Positions 49,151-63,975 of a stretch of DNA of 64,000 nucleotides are shown one piece after another. Origin of the DNA: Thalia democratica. Its lineage: Eukaryota. Each line of letters opens with the position of its first letter. Positions within the stretch are counted from its first letter, which is position 1. Location: assembly GCA_965202585.1 (NCBI GenBank), contig OZ241830.1, positions 39,122,001 through 39,186,000 of the forward strand, read 5' to 3'. A program made the translations under genes and the position numbers. Below the pieces are notes generated by a model. That model searched no databases, was not told the origin of the DNA, and saw only the letters and a list, made by a program, of their open reading frames with translations.

Positions 49151-52100
49151 CTTTAATGACTAATGAGTTTTTTATTAATCTTAGTCCAATGACTAACCTA
49201 AGAAAACAAGTTGTCTTTGAAAAGTGTACATTTTTTTGATAATTTATAGGGAATCCGTGCGGTTATGAGAACGAATTTTGTAGATTTTAAAATACCTTAG
49301 AAACTAATAAAGTTTTAATTTAGAAAAATTAAAAAACTAAAATTATGAGTTTATATAGACGAGTTGTGTTCGATACAATTTTCAATAAATAACAATAAAA
49401 AATAAACTGTAATGGTAAAATTTAGTAACTTAAACTAAAAATTTGTTATTAAAAAGATGCTAAAAAGAGTCGTTTGTAAAAAAGTATTTTGAATAAAACG
49501 CTTATTGATAAGCAGTCACCTTAACTATTACTTGAATAGGCTTTAAAGTGAACAATGATCGAGTAATTTATTGAGTTATTGATATCACTTTATTTGCACT
49601 CCATAAAGAACTTATTTGTACAGTCACAGAATAGTTTATAACAACAAAAAGGGTATATCTTTACAAAGAGAAGTTTTGATGAATATCTTGTTTGTAAAGC
49701 AAATAGTGCAACAAAAGAAACTAGCAATTTTTAAAATTGATATTTTGAATGTTCGACTCTTGTGACCTGTTATGTTGACAAAATTATTTTTAGTCATAAT
49801 TTTAAATGAAATTTATTTTTAGTTATTTCAAGACTTTTTTTTTCTTAATATCTAAAACCTTAAACTGTCTTGATGTAGCATGTTCTTTTTAATTTACGTA
49901 ATGTTTGTATATAGCAAGCTAAATTAACACAAACTTGAGAAATTATATAAATATATAAAGCTATCACCATGACTTAAAAGTAATTACTAATATAAATGCT
50001 TATCTTCGTTTATATAAATATCCTTACTTTAAGTACTAAAGAGTCTTAAGTTATATCTTCGCTATAAATCGTTTCTATATAAAATTTTTCTAAAAATTAA
50101 GAGAGTAACATTGTAAGAAATCAAACAGACTTTAGTTAGTTATAATCTAAGAAAAAACAATTTTCCGAATAAAAGCTGAAACTTGAAACTGATATTAACG
50201 TATATATTTTAGAAAAAACAATTTAACCTTTATAGTATTTTTTTTTAATTGTTTACAAATTTTAGTTTGACTTCCAATTCCAGCAACGCTCAACAAAGAC
50301 AACTTAAAACTGTCGCTCACACTCAAGCCTTGAAAAAAATATCTGATCTCAAATCGTAAACAAAACGCTCGAAACTTCTGACTGGCCAACAACAACTTAG
50401 GACAGATCTGTCTGGCGACTGGAGCGACGCTAATGCACTTCAACAACTACAGCAACGAAATAAAAACGAGCAGTCGCCAAAAAAGAGAGAAGAGAGACAA
50501 AAGGCAGCAGCGATAAGCGACGCATTAGCCGACAGTTTAGCCACTCAGCAGTCGAAACATGAAAGTGGGCAGCGACATCGCAATAAGCTTAAGTATACAT
50601 CTCAAGTCGGCCTCTTTCCGCTTTCAACTTGAAATGCGCTCCCAACGCGCGTAAGTGGTCAACAAATTTTTCGAACTTGCTTGCGTTGCACGCTTTTTTG
50701 TGATTTTTTTTTGTTTCGGCTGGCGTATCTTTGCCGCTTTCTCATTTAGCTGTAAATTTTTTGAATTGTTGTGCACACAAGTTCTTTTTGAAATATTTTG
50801 TCTTTTGAACGTTTCGTAATACATTGTAAAGTTTAAAAACTATTATTTGAAAGTAACTTTTTTTTCCATTAAAAGCATTATTGACTTCCGCCAATGCACT
50901 ACTTTGTGTTTTGAAAAGCTTAAAATATTTCGAAGCGTCGTGATAGTTTAGTTCGCGTTCAAGCAGCAAAGTCTGACAACTCACAGTTATCTTTAAACTA
51001 ATACTTCATTATTGGTGATCGATAGATGGTTAAGTATGACAATATCTCTTTAAATCTTTACTGACTTATCTAAAAATATATTTTTGAAGCAGATTTGTTT
51101 CCCAAGTTGTTCAAGCTGAACTGATTCGAAAAAACTATAAAGTTATGTTTCTAATACAATGAATAACATATTTTGTCAATAATAAGATTAAGTTGTTGAT
51201 GTACTCGCTTTTTTCTATCAAGAAGATTAACTAAAATTTTGTCTCTATTTTTTTATTGATATAAAACTTAAAAGCTGAAAATTGAGTTTTGTATAAAAAA
51301 TGTTCAAAAAATAAATGTCTTTTAAAAAATGAAAACAAATTTAACAAGTGACTCCAGTTGCTTTGACTAAACTTAAAATAAAATACTGATGTGAATAGTA
51401 GTAAAAATTTATTAAACTGATTTGTTTAACCGAAAATTATTTTTTAATTTTTTTTATTTGTTTAGTACTTTCACAAATAAAAATGTTATTTAGAACAATG
51501 TTATAACTAGAGGTTTTATTAGTAAATTAAAAACAAACTTTCAACATTCAATTATAAAAATGTTTTGTTCAAACTGTTATGCAATGAAATTTTATTCAAA
51601 ACCTGTATCAAATATATTAAAAATATTATCTATATAGAATACAGGAAAAAGTATATAGTAAAAATAAAAAAGTAACATAGATACTTCATTAAACTAGCAA
51701 AAACAACAAACATTTAGTAAATTTTGTGTTAAGCAGCTCTCACATTTTTACAAAATCTGTTTAACCAACTACACAACGAAATTAAACTGTCAATACAATT
51801 TAGTAAAGCTTGCATATACTGAATGATCTAATACGAACGTCTGTTCTTATGGTAAAAGGAGAGAATTACTAACTTGAGAGAGCATTAAATAGAAAAAACG
51901 CTCGATGTAAAATCTTCAAGCCATTTAGAAAGATAATGGTAAAATACGTGATCAATGATTATCATATATTTACTTACTAATTTAAGTTTAAGTGTTCAAA
52001 ATTCAGAAACCATAAACGGCTATCACATTAAACTTGGTTTAACTTTAACTTAAACTGAAAAAACTTTTAAAACGAAAAGTTTTACTTAGTATACACCGTT

Positions 52101-53397
52101 ATATCTTTTTCAAGTATTATAAAATATAATTTGTTTTAAAATATTTTTTCAAGTCAAAATGAAGTTCTTAAAACTTTATATATAGTTCACAGTAAGAGTA
52201 TAAAAATACTATACTTGAATCTCAAATACAAATTTTCATTTATAACTTAAACGCTTTTTTACCTTATTTATAATAATATATAAAATTTTCTAGTGTTAGT
52301 CTAAAGTTTTTATAAAGTTCCTAGAAATTTTTTTTTAAGGATTAGGTGATTAATATTGGCAATGACGGAACTTTGAGTTTATAATTAGACAAACGACATT
52401 TTTAATTACTGACAATAGTGCTTTTTTAAGCAGTTTAATTTAACTCGGTAGCTTAAAAAAAAACGGCATTAAAAGCATTAGTTCAAAGTAAATAAAGATA
52501 AAAACGCTAGTTTAAGGTTAATTGGGTGAATTACAGAAAAAAAGCAAAATCTCATTTCACCTTGTAGCATCTTGAAATATGTTACATGTCAAAAGCATTT
52601 GCGTAGGTTAGACTTTTTAATCTTGTAAAAATTGGGGAAAGCTGTTTTTCGGACAAATATCAATTTGTATTAGGTGAACTAATTGATTTTGTAGCGACGA
52701 GCCTCTGAACAAGTGCGTATGTATTGCGTAACAACACAACTTTTCTCTGAACACCTTTAGTAATTTTCTATTCGATGTAATTAATTTAAAACTAGTTTGT
52801 AAGAAATACTTATTGTAAAATTAATTATGAAGTACTTTCATAAAAACTTAATCAATACTTAACATGTAAACGGTATATTTTCCGGTATTATTTGCATACA
52901 GTTGTTTTAATTGTTTTTTTTACGTATTCAAGCAAGCAAGCTTTTTATTCAGTACTTTGTAAAAAACTTATTTACTTGAAATTAAGTTGTAACAAGTTTT
53001 ATCGGTGGTTTTATTTGCAAGCAAGTGACAAAGACAAAATATGAACGATTTATAACTAACTAAAAATATCGTCTTAACCTCAAAAAAAACTTTTTGTATG
53101 TATGATTTGCAATTGGGTTTAACATTTTTGATCGTCATTAGCCCTTTATAATTTAGCTTTTCTTATAAAAAAAAATCTGTTTTGACATTTACTCGGATAA
53201 AAATTTATTAAAAATAATTTTAATACCTCATAAACTTTTTTTTTTACTTTGTCATCTCAAACAACTTAAACCTTTAAAACGACATTAAAGTTGTATAACA
53301 AAACATAGCGTCATAAGAAGTTGTAAAATGTAGGTCGTGTGAATAAAAAATATTAATTTTCTGCTTGTCTAATACTTCATACACATTGTAACTTAAT

Positions 53398-53633
53398 TTA
53401 AAAGTTTGTAAGAAATATACTTTCATATATTCAGTGACCAAACGTTTGCTAGTACAACTATAGTTTCATTGCCTTACGGCAGATCATCAGGTAACATAAT
53501 TAAACGACAATCTTAGGCACTTTATATAACCTACAGTCATGAAGATCTTTCATAACGCAGTGAAACTATAGTTGTACTAGTAAACGTTTGGTCACTAAGT
53601 ATATGAAAGCATATTTCTTACAAAACTTTTTAA
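53398..53633. mobile_element. Young foldback MITE with ~72-bp near-perfect TIRs
   Basis: 53401-53472 is the reverse complement of ~53558-53629 with about 4 substitutions and 1 indel; TTAA at both outer edges. Confidence 0.85.
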
Positions 53634-56600
53634 TTTTTTAAATAAAACGTTCAAATACATTAATTTTTAATTGGGAAGATGTAGTTTCAAAACATTTTAA
53701 AGTAACTCATTTTTGTAATGCAATGTTAGTTCTTACAGAAACATAGGTACGTTGAATTTTCTAAATAAAATTAATTTATGAAGATATAAAAATTTTCTTA
53801 GCAATCATAAACATTAACATTTCAGATTCACATAACAACAAAACTAACAGTAGTGTATACGTTAGTTTTAATAACTTAAAAAATTATATAAAAATATATT
53901 TATTTGGTCAAAATTGATCGCCTAATGATGTTAAAATGAATAACAAAGTCCTAAAGTTTCTCAAAAATATTATAATAAGAAATAGCAGAAAAATTTAATC
54001 GTAATGAATGATCACAAATCTGGTTATCTTAATTGACTCAAAACTTTAATAATCTGATAATTACCAACTTTCAACTTTGCAGAAACAAGATAACAAAGTT
54101 ACTAGTTTTGACTAAGTGAAAGAAAATAACTTTACGTCGGTTAATGACTCATTACAAGTAATGCTTGGTTTTTTTATTTTGTACATTAGTTTATAACTCT
54201 GTAGCTTGTTTATTTTTATACTTTTTAAATAGATTTATTAAATTTATGGTGTTTCTAAGTTTCTATACAAAACAAGCTGTTGTTTAGTGAAAGAAATAAA
54301 CCTACACAGTTCGAAACTTAAAATAAAAGGTAATAAAGTAAGTGGTTAAAAAATTTGACGAAAGCTTCCTGAGTTTGTAAATAAAACAAATATATTTTTT
54401 TTTATAAAATGTTTTAAACTTTAGTTTATACAAATGTAACAAATATATTAACAATATTAATACATAAACTGATAACTGTAGCTACTTTGTTTTGTTTAAT
54501 GTTCATTTGAAAATTACAATAACAATAAAACATATCTATTAACTTTTACTATGACTGTTAATGGGCAATAAGACATTTTGTTGTTTTGTAAATGCTTTAT
54601 AATTCTATTTCTTAGAAGTTTTATTTTAATACTTAATTATTTAATTTTTATACCTTAAAAAAAGTGTAGAAACTATTTTGCTTCCTATTGAATCCATAAA
54701 CTAAAGATAAAAAATTAGTTGTGAAGTCTTATTTTCGATAAAGCTAACTAAAAGTAAGTTAGAAAGTTACAGGTCATTAAAAATTGTAAAAATTATTTTC
54801 GATCTCGATTATTCGTATTACTTTTAAATTAAAATTAAAATTTCAAAATAAAATAAAATTAAAAAAATAAATAAAACATCATATTTTGATATTAAACCTC
54901 AAGGAACCAATAAACTGCTTTAATTAAGTTGCAAAAAAAAAAGTTAATCTTTATATTTAACGAGTACCACGAATAAATTTAAACAATAAAAATGTATATC
55001 CATTCCTAAAAGCTTTTAAATATTCAAGCGCTTCGTAAAAAACTCTGTTTAATTTCAACTTAGAAAATAAATTGAGTAATATGTGTGTACATAAATCTTT
55101 CTTTATTAATCATTAAACTAAAAAAAGATTTATCACTAAACTTTTTATTAGTATGTACCATAGTTTAGTTTTCTTATCTGGAAGACGCCTGTTTTAAGCA
55201 AAAAAATAAAATGATGTACACATAAACTATTAAAGATTTCAAAAATATAAAAATTTTGTACACTTGTATTAATTTTTAGGGCTTGAATATTAGGTTAAAA
55301 AACATAAGTGTTACAATTTAATAACAGAATGTTTATTTAGATAATAATTTTGATTACTTACTCTTAGTTTATTTTTAAGATAAAAAACTTAGTTAAAAAA
55401 CAGTATAGTTTAGGAATTTTTATATTTTTTAGCTCCTATAAATCACGTTTATTTTATCAAAACTATTTTTTTTACAAATTAATTCTTAACACTTTAGTTG
55501 TTTTACGAGTAAAACGTTGTCAAAAGTCTGATTCGTTCTTTAAACGAAATAAACTTTCATACGAAACTTCAATGATCTAAAAGTTTTAATTTTTATAAAA
55601 AATAACAAAAATAAGAGCTAAAACGTAATAAATTAACACATTTTAGATGCTTATACATTAGACATGCATGAAAAATACTGCAAAGTTTGTTTAAACATGC
55701 ATTTTCTAAAATTATAATATAAACTCGATCATACCGTAAATGTGGTTATAGTAAATTTATAAATTAGTTGTTGACAACGTTAAACAAGTTTAATTCAGAA
55801 AATATAAGATCAAATATACTTTTATAAAGAACTGAATACTGAATCAACCAAAATTTTATTTTAAAGTATAAAAAAACAGTCTATAATTTTTACTGCATAT
55901 TTGCATGTTCAGTTTATTATCTGTTGACAGTTTAAAAAGATTTTGTTTTTAAATAAAGTTTATAAACACAATTTTAAGCTGAATTTAACCTTAATATCAT
56001 TAAGTAACTTTAATATCTTGTTAAACTGATAAAAATAAACATTGGCACTTACGATGCACTTTTACTAGCATCAAGAGTATGTAAATTAATCTATTTAGTT
56101 TATTTTTTAATATAAATACTTTTAAGGCTTTTGTTTTTAAGTTAACTACAGCTCAGAAATAATCGAATTAATAAGTAAATAAATTAATTATTAACCTGGC
56201 CGTTATTTCAAAAGTACGCTTTTAAAATTTCTTTTTTTTTTTCTTAATTTATACATGTAGATATAAAGTGTACACAATTTACTTCGTATTTTAAAACTAT
56301 ACTAAATGTTATCAAAAATTTTTTATTCAATACAGTAAACTTAAGAACTATTATATAACATTTTATCAAAGTTCTATTCAGAACCTCAAAAGTTAAACTA
56401 CAATTATTTTAGATAAAACTTAAAAATTAGTGATTCTTTTTTTTTAATGGAAGCATATTATATTTAACTAATCGTAGACCTTTTTTAAATTTTGACCTAA
56501 ATTGCTTATAAAGCTGCAAACAATTACTAATCAATGGTTTTAGTAAAAGTGATAAGAAGTTTTCTAATAGACATAACTACAGTTTCTTTTTTAATCAATA

Positions 56601-59600
56601 TAAGCTAAAGACAAAAAACTTCTGAATCTATTACTTCTATAACTTATAAAAATTGCGCAATGTAGTTTTGCTGTTATGTTTTACTCTTTTTTTTTATGAA
56701 CTGTCTTTTATGTTTTATATTTTGCTTAGTATCAAATTAAATCTTAGAGACACCAAAAATGTTATTTGTAAATTACTTCGTAAGAAAATATTTACGTTGT
56801 AGTATAACATGGTTTAATACTGAAAGTTAAGAAAAATAATTTAAGTGTTAAATAAAGTTTTTTCGAAATTATTTATTCTTGCAGTTTTAAAATGCTTTAA
56901 AAATTTATCAAAATACTTGATTTGAATGTGAATAGCTACAAAGTCAGTTTTTTGACATATGTATTACTTAATAACTTACTCAAGATTATTTAATAATTCA
57001 AAGGTGTGTTTAAATTTTGCAATATTACAACTATGGTGTGAAAAAATAGTAATTGTTAAAAATATAGTGAGTAATATATATTTAAATTTAAATATTTTAA
57101 ATTGGATTATAATTCAAAACTAAAACGTGGATGTGTTCGTTATATATTTAACAGTAATAAAATTCAAGTTACTATAGTATTTTACTAAACTGTTATCAAG
57201 AAAGTTAGTTACGTTTTAATTAGCAAATTTGTGTAAACTTTAAATACAAATGTGTTTAAGCTAGGCGGATAAAACTAAATGTCAATCAATTTAATCTCTT
57301 GTGCAGATATATGTTAAGTTAAAATATGGCAAAATACAAACCTAGTAATTTAAATACAAAGATGTCTAAAAAAATAGTTTTTAGTTATTTTGAGTTTCTC
57401 AATAGATTAATGATAATATAGCATTGTTATAGAAGATAAAATTTAGAACTAACTCTAACTTTAACCTGCTAATTTTTTGAGTTTTCCTTATTTTCTTTAA
57501 AAATAAATTAAAAATAAAGTTCTAAGACCTATGTAGTTAAAAGAAGTTTAAAAAAAAAACTAGTTTTAATATTATTTACAAAGAGTGCCAAAAATTTAAT
57601 AAACACTGCTTAAATGATAAGCACTTTACCAAATAACATATTAATCGCTATCAAACATTAAAACATTCACAACCTTAACGACTAAAGTAAGTTTGTTATA
57701 AAAAGAGTAAAATAAGCTAAACCTCATAGTAAAACATTTTATTGAATAAAACCTCAAATTGAAAACCTTACAGTAAAATGTAAAAAATAATTTTATGCCA
57801 GTTACACTTGTTTTTAACCTAAAAGTTTTATAAAAATTAAATGCATTAAAGTAAGAAATAAGATCTGGTACTTACTTTTGATGTATTGCTATAGTGATTC
57901 AACTATTTTAGTTAACTTATTGGTAGTTAATTAACTTACTGAGTTAACTACGAAAAAATTTTTAAACACTATGATGTTAAAATCTTAACAACATCTTGAC
58001 TCTAAAGTAAAAACATAGTAGTTGCTTAGAACCGCATAGCCTCATAAATAAACAGTTTAAATTATATACATGGTGACACAAAACAAACGTTCATTACCAA
58101 AACTGGAAAAAATTTCGAAGCTATATTTATCGAAATATAAATTTTTTCTCGAGTAAATTTTTGTAGATGTTTATTTATAACAATTTTACTTGTTGATAAA
58201 TCAGAAAGCGGAAATAAAAGGTTATTTTTTCAAACAACATTAAAACTTAATAATAACTGTTTTTAGTTTATTTTGTACAGTCTATCACTTGAAGGTCAGT
58301 TTCAACATGTTTACTGAAAGTAGTTATTACGAATTTGTAAAATGTCAAAAAACACACATGTAAAAAAGTTTGTGGAAAAATAAAAAAATAGTTTTGTTAT
58401 TGTTTTAAAAATGCAATAAATAGAATAAAAATAATTCTACTGCTTTATAAACAAAGTATACTGAATAAAATTAACTTACAAGTTTATTTATCAACTCAGG
58501 TAAAATCATTCTGTATGTTTTTTACAATGACAAAAAAAAACCTTAATGTGTAGAATATTACTCGTTTTAATTTATGTGAATGTCAGAAGGTATAATTTAC
58601 ATCATTTAGTTTAAGTCTATTAAACTTTGAAAAAATTCATATAGAACCTGCTGTATTAAAATTTTTTGGATATCAAGTCATCATCACAAAAACAGCTTAA
58701 TGTCTTGTCCAGGACACTAAAAACTAGCTTAACAAATGTCTATGAATAACTTACTTTGTTTAAAATACCTCTAGACTTTATGTTTTTTCAATATCGAAAA
58801 ATCTAAAGTTGTTTTTTTTAAGTATTTGTTTTGAAGTCATGGTTTTGAAATAACTATAATATAATACAACATTTAAACAAAAACTAGTTTTATCAATTTT
58901 AAAGGAAACTTGTTTATAGCTATTTATTTTTGATAAAACTTTACTTTTAAGTTTAACAAGTAATTAACTCTGTTTGGAAAACATAGAATTCTATTGAGTA
59001 TAAGTAGTTTACATAAACTGTAAACAATCTTCGTACCTAAAACTTAAAAGAATTTTCTTAGTACTTTTGTTTGTAAACAAAGAATTTTAGCAGTTAGCGT
59101 TATAAGTTAAACAAACTCTTTTTGCAATTAATTACTAAGAAATCTAAATTAAACTTCTTTTCAGAGATTTTTTGTAGTTTTAATTGTATTTTTGATCGCT
59201 TGTGTAATCATATGTTAAGTGTTCTATGCTTTATCCGTTATTCATAATTCTAACTAAACAAAACAAATAATTTGATAGCTAAAGTAAGAGTTTGCTTTTT
59301 TTGTTTGTTTATTTCTATTATGATTAATTGACACGGAAGTAATTAATTTTAACCTAATCCGAACTTAAATGTAGTGTAAGCAGATATTTATTTACTGCTA
59401 ACAAAAAAGACAAGAAAAATAAAAACGCTAAAAATAATTTCATAAATTAGTTTATTTCTCTAAATCAAGCTTTAAGTTTCTAAAAAAATCTTTACTCTTT
59501 TAGTTATCATCCTTATAGTTTGTTTTATGATGACAGTCTTGCTAAAACATGTTGTACGTTTTGTTTTGTAATATTTATTTTACATGTTTAATAGTTTTCA

Positions 59601-61714
59601 ATAGAAAAATTTCATATTTAAATTGCAATATTTTAAATAACAGACGTACTAAGTTAAATAAATTTTACTAAGATTTAAGAGGTTGTCTATAACAAATTTG
59701 TTTTTAAGTTGTGTTTTTCAAAGAATTGATTGTAAAAAACTACGTTCTTGCAAACAAAAAAATTTTAGAGCTCAGCTTTAAACTTTTAAAAAAAGATCTA
59801 GAAAATCTCAAGTGTTAATCGTATACACTATAATAAAGTTTTATGATTTGATTATATATATTTATTTATATGATAAAAGCCAATTATTCATAAAGCTTTT
59901 AACAAAATTAAATATATTTTATAAACTAATTTGCAAAGTAAATAGCAACAGAATACTGTTTACAACAAAAGTCGGCAGCATTTAATAAATAATTGACTTT
60001 ATTTACTAAAAATTAAACTTTTTCTGATCAAATCTTTTGTGGACCATAATATTTAATTGTTTGTAGCAAGAAACTTTTTGAAAAACAAATAGATAGTTAT
60101 ACATCCTGAAGGAATAAATTAAATAATCAGCTAAATCTTTTTTGGTAAGGTTTTTTTTCAAATAAACAATCATTTGTGGTTAAAATGTTTTAATTTTTGT
60201 AAACATGTTGTCAAAAACCATTTTAAATTAAATCAAATGAGTTAAAATGATAGAATTCTTTAAAAATCAGAGCAGAATTATATATAACTATTTCAAATTT
60301 AATATTAAAACAGTATAGACGATATAACAATTAGTTTTAAACGCAAACTAGACCAGTATGTAGCTTATTATTAAATTGAAAATAACTGTTTAAAATACTT
60401 ATAGTTCTACAAGTATCATAAAAACTTCCACTCTTAAGTTTCTCTAAATGTGATTATAGTTTGAATTTGAAGCTAGAGTTAAAATTCTATAGTCAAAACA
60501 AAATCAAAATAAAAAATGTTTTTATGTTTATTTTTTCAGGTGGTTAATAGGTTATAAAAACCATTAAACATTATGTTTCTACCGTAACAACAATTTCCTG
60601 CATTAATATCATCAGCTTGAAACACATTTTTTGTTCACTATATTTTATACAACATCCTTGTGGCAAATTCAAAAAAAAATAATATTGTAAGAAAGTCTCC
60701 AATTAGTTATCTCTTTTTTTATCATGGAAAACTGTTCTGTTCTTAGAAGGTTTTATATTTTTTTTACTTCAGAAAAGTTTATTGCATTTGTTTTTTCTCT
60801 ACAACTAGATAGTTATAGTTATGTTTTCGTTAACAGCAACGACCTTTATGTGAAACAAACTAAATAATATATTTGAAAAAATTACTGAACTAAAATAATT
60901 TATTTTGACAAAAAAAAAACGATTTCAAGTTTATGTTAAAAATTTTCAATGTTTGTTCACAAAGTTAAAACTTATAATAATTTAAACCTATGCTTTTGAA
61001 TTAGCTTCTAAACTTTAAAACTGTAAAGTTAGTTATTATGAATTATGACATGCCTATTGCCTACACATCAAATTTAGTTTTTATGCTTGTTAAAATTACT
61101 TTAATATTAAAGCATCGTAGTAGTAATTAAAGTTTGATAAGTTATATTTATTAAAATATTTTTGGCACTTTTCCATTTGGAAGTTAGGAACAAATTAACA
61201 CTCATTATAATACAGTTTGATAAATGATAACACACTTATAACATATAAAACTGATTCGTACGTTTTTAATCGCAATAATGTTAGTAGTTAATTTACCTGA
61301 ATGTAATAGGATTTAGTTTTGTTGTAAACTTTGATGCTATCAAAAAAATTGTTAACTTATAACTGTAGTACTTACAGCTAAAACTTAAATTGGCTGTTTA
61401 GTTACTGTTTCTTTAGTGTACCATTTAAAATTTTTTATAGTAGTTTTTGTAACAACTAAAAAACTAACAAAATAAAGTTAATATAGTAGTCAATGACTAC
61501 ATTGCACTCTTTTGAGCTTTAAAATACGAAAGCGGTAGGTTTAATATGAAAAATTATTTATTTTTAATTATACATACTTTTTTATACTTCTACAAACTGA
61601 ATAAGTGTTTTTAGTCGTAAGTCTAAAACGCAGTTTCAACATTTTTACAACCCTGTTTGACTTTTAATCCTTTCGCAATTCAGTAGTTAATATTTGTTGT
61701 CAGTTCACCAATTA

Positions 61715-61870
61715 TTTGTCAACTGAACAGTAGTGAACTTGTAAGAAGGTATTAAAATACCAACAACAACATCATGCTGCCTGTGGGAGGTCCTCAGCGC
61801 TGCAAACTTGAAAGCAGTTTAAAATTTTCGAAATAAATTGATTATAAATTACTTGCATGCATGTAGTGTT
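61715..61870 (-). repeat. Dispersed repeat family A, copy 4 (inverted)
   Basis: TCAGCGCTGCAAACTT(G/T)AAAG matches the reverse complement of copy 3; GAACAGTAGTG..TTGTAA.AAGG.ATTAA..TACCAACAACAA matches the reverse complement of copy 1. Confidence 0.75.
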
Positions 61871-63149
61871 TAGTACAAAAAGTTTAATTTACTTAAATGT
61901 TGAAGCTAATGACAAGTTTTTTATACTCTCTTAAATTGAGTTGTAACTGAACAGTTACTTAAAACAGAATTTACCAAAGTTGATTCTATGTTTAAAAAAT
62001 ATTGTTGAATAAGAAATTTTCTTCAAAACTAAGTTGATTCACAGTCACTAATTAAGATTAAGATTAGACTTAACTAGCTAAACTTAAAAAATGAAGTTTA
62101 CGCATATAGTTTACATTTCCTTAAAAAACATAAATCATTTTATTTAAGTACCTTAACATAAAGAATACAATTAAAAAAAATCATACTTTTGATTTATAGA
62201 TATATACTATCAAGTATGAATAAATGATTAATTTTAATCGAACAACAAAATTAAACAATCTATTTTTACAACATAACTGTTTGAGTTTAAAGTTTAGTTT
62301 AAAATCTATAATTTAAACCATTATAATTATTTAATACTTTCTGTAAAAAATATTTACATTAAGATTTAAAGTTTATACTGTTTTGAGCACTTACTGTTTA
62401 TATTGGTAAATTATAGCATGCATAAAAGAACGATTTGACATGCAAAAAAAAATTTAAACACTAAAATATAGTTAAAAGCTGAATAATGTTGTTATGAAAT
62501 TTCAGCACAGTGGTGTAAACATTCTACTTTTTGGTCACGTGAGAAAAATATTTTTTTTAAGACTTTGCTAAATGTATTTATAAATAAATAAAAAAAATAT
62601 TTTGAAACCACACTCCATGTTTAAATGCAGATGGAGATTTAGTTTCTCCTTCTAGATTGAAACAAAATAAGAGAAGTATAATTATACTCTAAAAGAAAGA
62701 TTTTTTAATGATAAAGTAGTTAGAAATACTTATAGATGTTATAATTTTTTTTAATAAAGTTATCAAAAAAGTGTTTTAGACAAGCAGAATTGCATATTAT
62801 TTATAAAAACTTATGAAGAAACTGATTTATAGTCGTCAGGCTAAAACTATGAAAGATTGAGTTTAAAGTTATTGCAAACTTGTACTTTGTTAAAACCTTA
62901 TAACTTAAAACTTGTTTAACTGTACAAGTGAGCAAGCTGCTTTGAATACCAAATAAAAAACATATTTAACAGTTTAGCAAGGTTTGACTTTACAAATATC
63001 TTTGTTAGTCTTTTTGTTTATTTTTTTTTTACTTTTTATAAACAAAAACAACGAGGTTTATATTCCAATCAAAGTTTTACGTACTGGGATTAGAAGTTGT
63101 TACTACTCAACTTTAATTTTAAGAGTTTAAAACGTTTAGCTTTACTTAA

Positions 63150-63250
63150 AAAAGGCTACTAATTTTGGTCAAAAATGTACAAAGGAGCCTTTCGGTTATC
63201 ATTTCGTACATCACTTGTTTACAGTTTAACGTCTTTGTCCAGAACAAAAT
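63150..63250 (+). repeat. Degenerate family C copy
   Basis: TTTTGGTC...GTTATC...TTTAACGTCTTTGTCCAGAACAA resembles 23350-23435. Confidence 0.45.
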
Positions 63251-63271
63251 AATAAATATTCCTGAAAAGTA

Positions 63272-63290
63272 ATATATATATATATATATA
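63272..63290. repeat. (TA)n microsatellite
   Basis: ATATATATATATATATATA. Confidence 0.8.
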
Positions 63291-63889
63291 GACATATATA
63301 CTATATGATTAGATAAACTAAATCACCTTCAACAGAGCCCATTTAAAAAATACGAACTTTTTTTTTGAATTCAATTATTTGCAATAAAGCCCATAATTAC
63401 TAAACCACTTCTAGTAGTTTATCTGTAAAAACTATAATATGTTTTTTTGTTTAATTATTAATAAGCTTAACACAATGTTAAGGTCATTTAACAGTAAACA
63501 AATATCAAAATCTAGATAAAGTATATAATTATTTATTAAAATTTTTAAATTAGGTTATAAGTTTTTGTTTTAATTTAGAAAGTATGTAATATTAAATTAT
63601 ATATAAATAACAAAAATTACTTATAAAAGTTCTTTTTAGATAATCTTGATCAGATAAAACTTGAACTTTTCTTTCCTTTTCGATAGATTTGTTTAAACTT
63701 TTTTTGCAACTTTTTTTTTATGTATTTAAGTGCTTCGAAGTTTACAAATCAAAAAAAATATTAACTATTAAACTATAATTGTGAATCATACCACTAACTT
63801 TAATTTCTTTCTATAAACATTGTTTACCATAATCATTTAACATTAAATATGATTTATTATATAAATTTTGTCGCACTAGTTACTAACCA

Positions 63890-63975
63890 ATTTCAAACAG
63901 TAGGCTGTTTGTAAAACAGTGTTAGAAAAGCAACAGAAAAAGTTGAACAGGTGTGTTTGTTGTAAGTATTAACTG
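63890..63975 (-). repeat. Partial family A copy 5 (inverted)
   Basis: AACAGTAG..TTGTAA..CAGGTGTGTTTGT matches the reverse complement of copy 1. Confidence 0.45.

Noticed and set aside
49751-49760. GTTCGACTC pol III B-box-like motif
   Set aside because: No A box at suitable spacing and no cloverleaf.
4515-50984. Short AT-rich ORF-track entries (4515, 6295, 9187, 16838, 25749, 29865, 30176, 33805, 34051, 47067, 50624, 50742)
   Set aside because: F/L/K/I/N-biased translations typical of chance ORFs in AT-rich DNA; 16838 lies inside a MITE.
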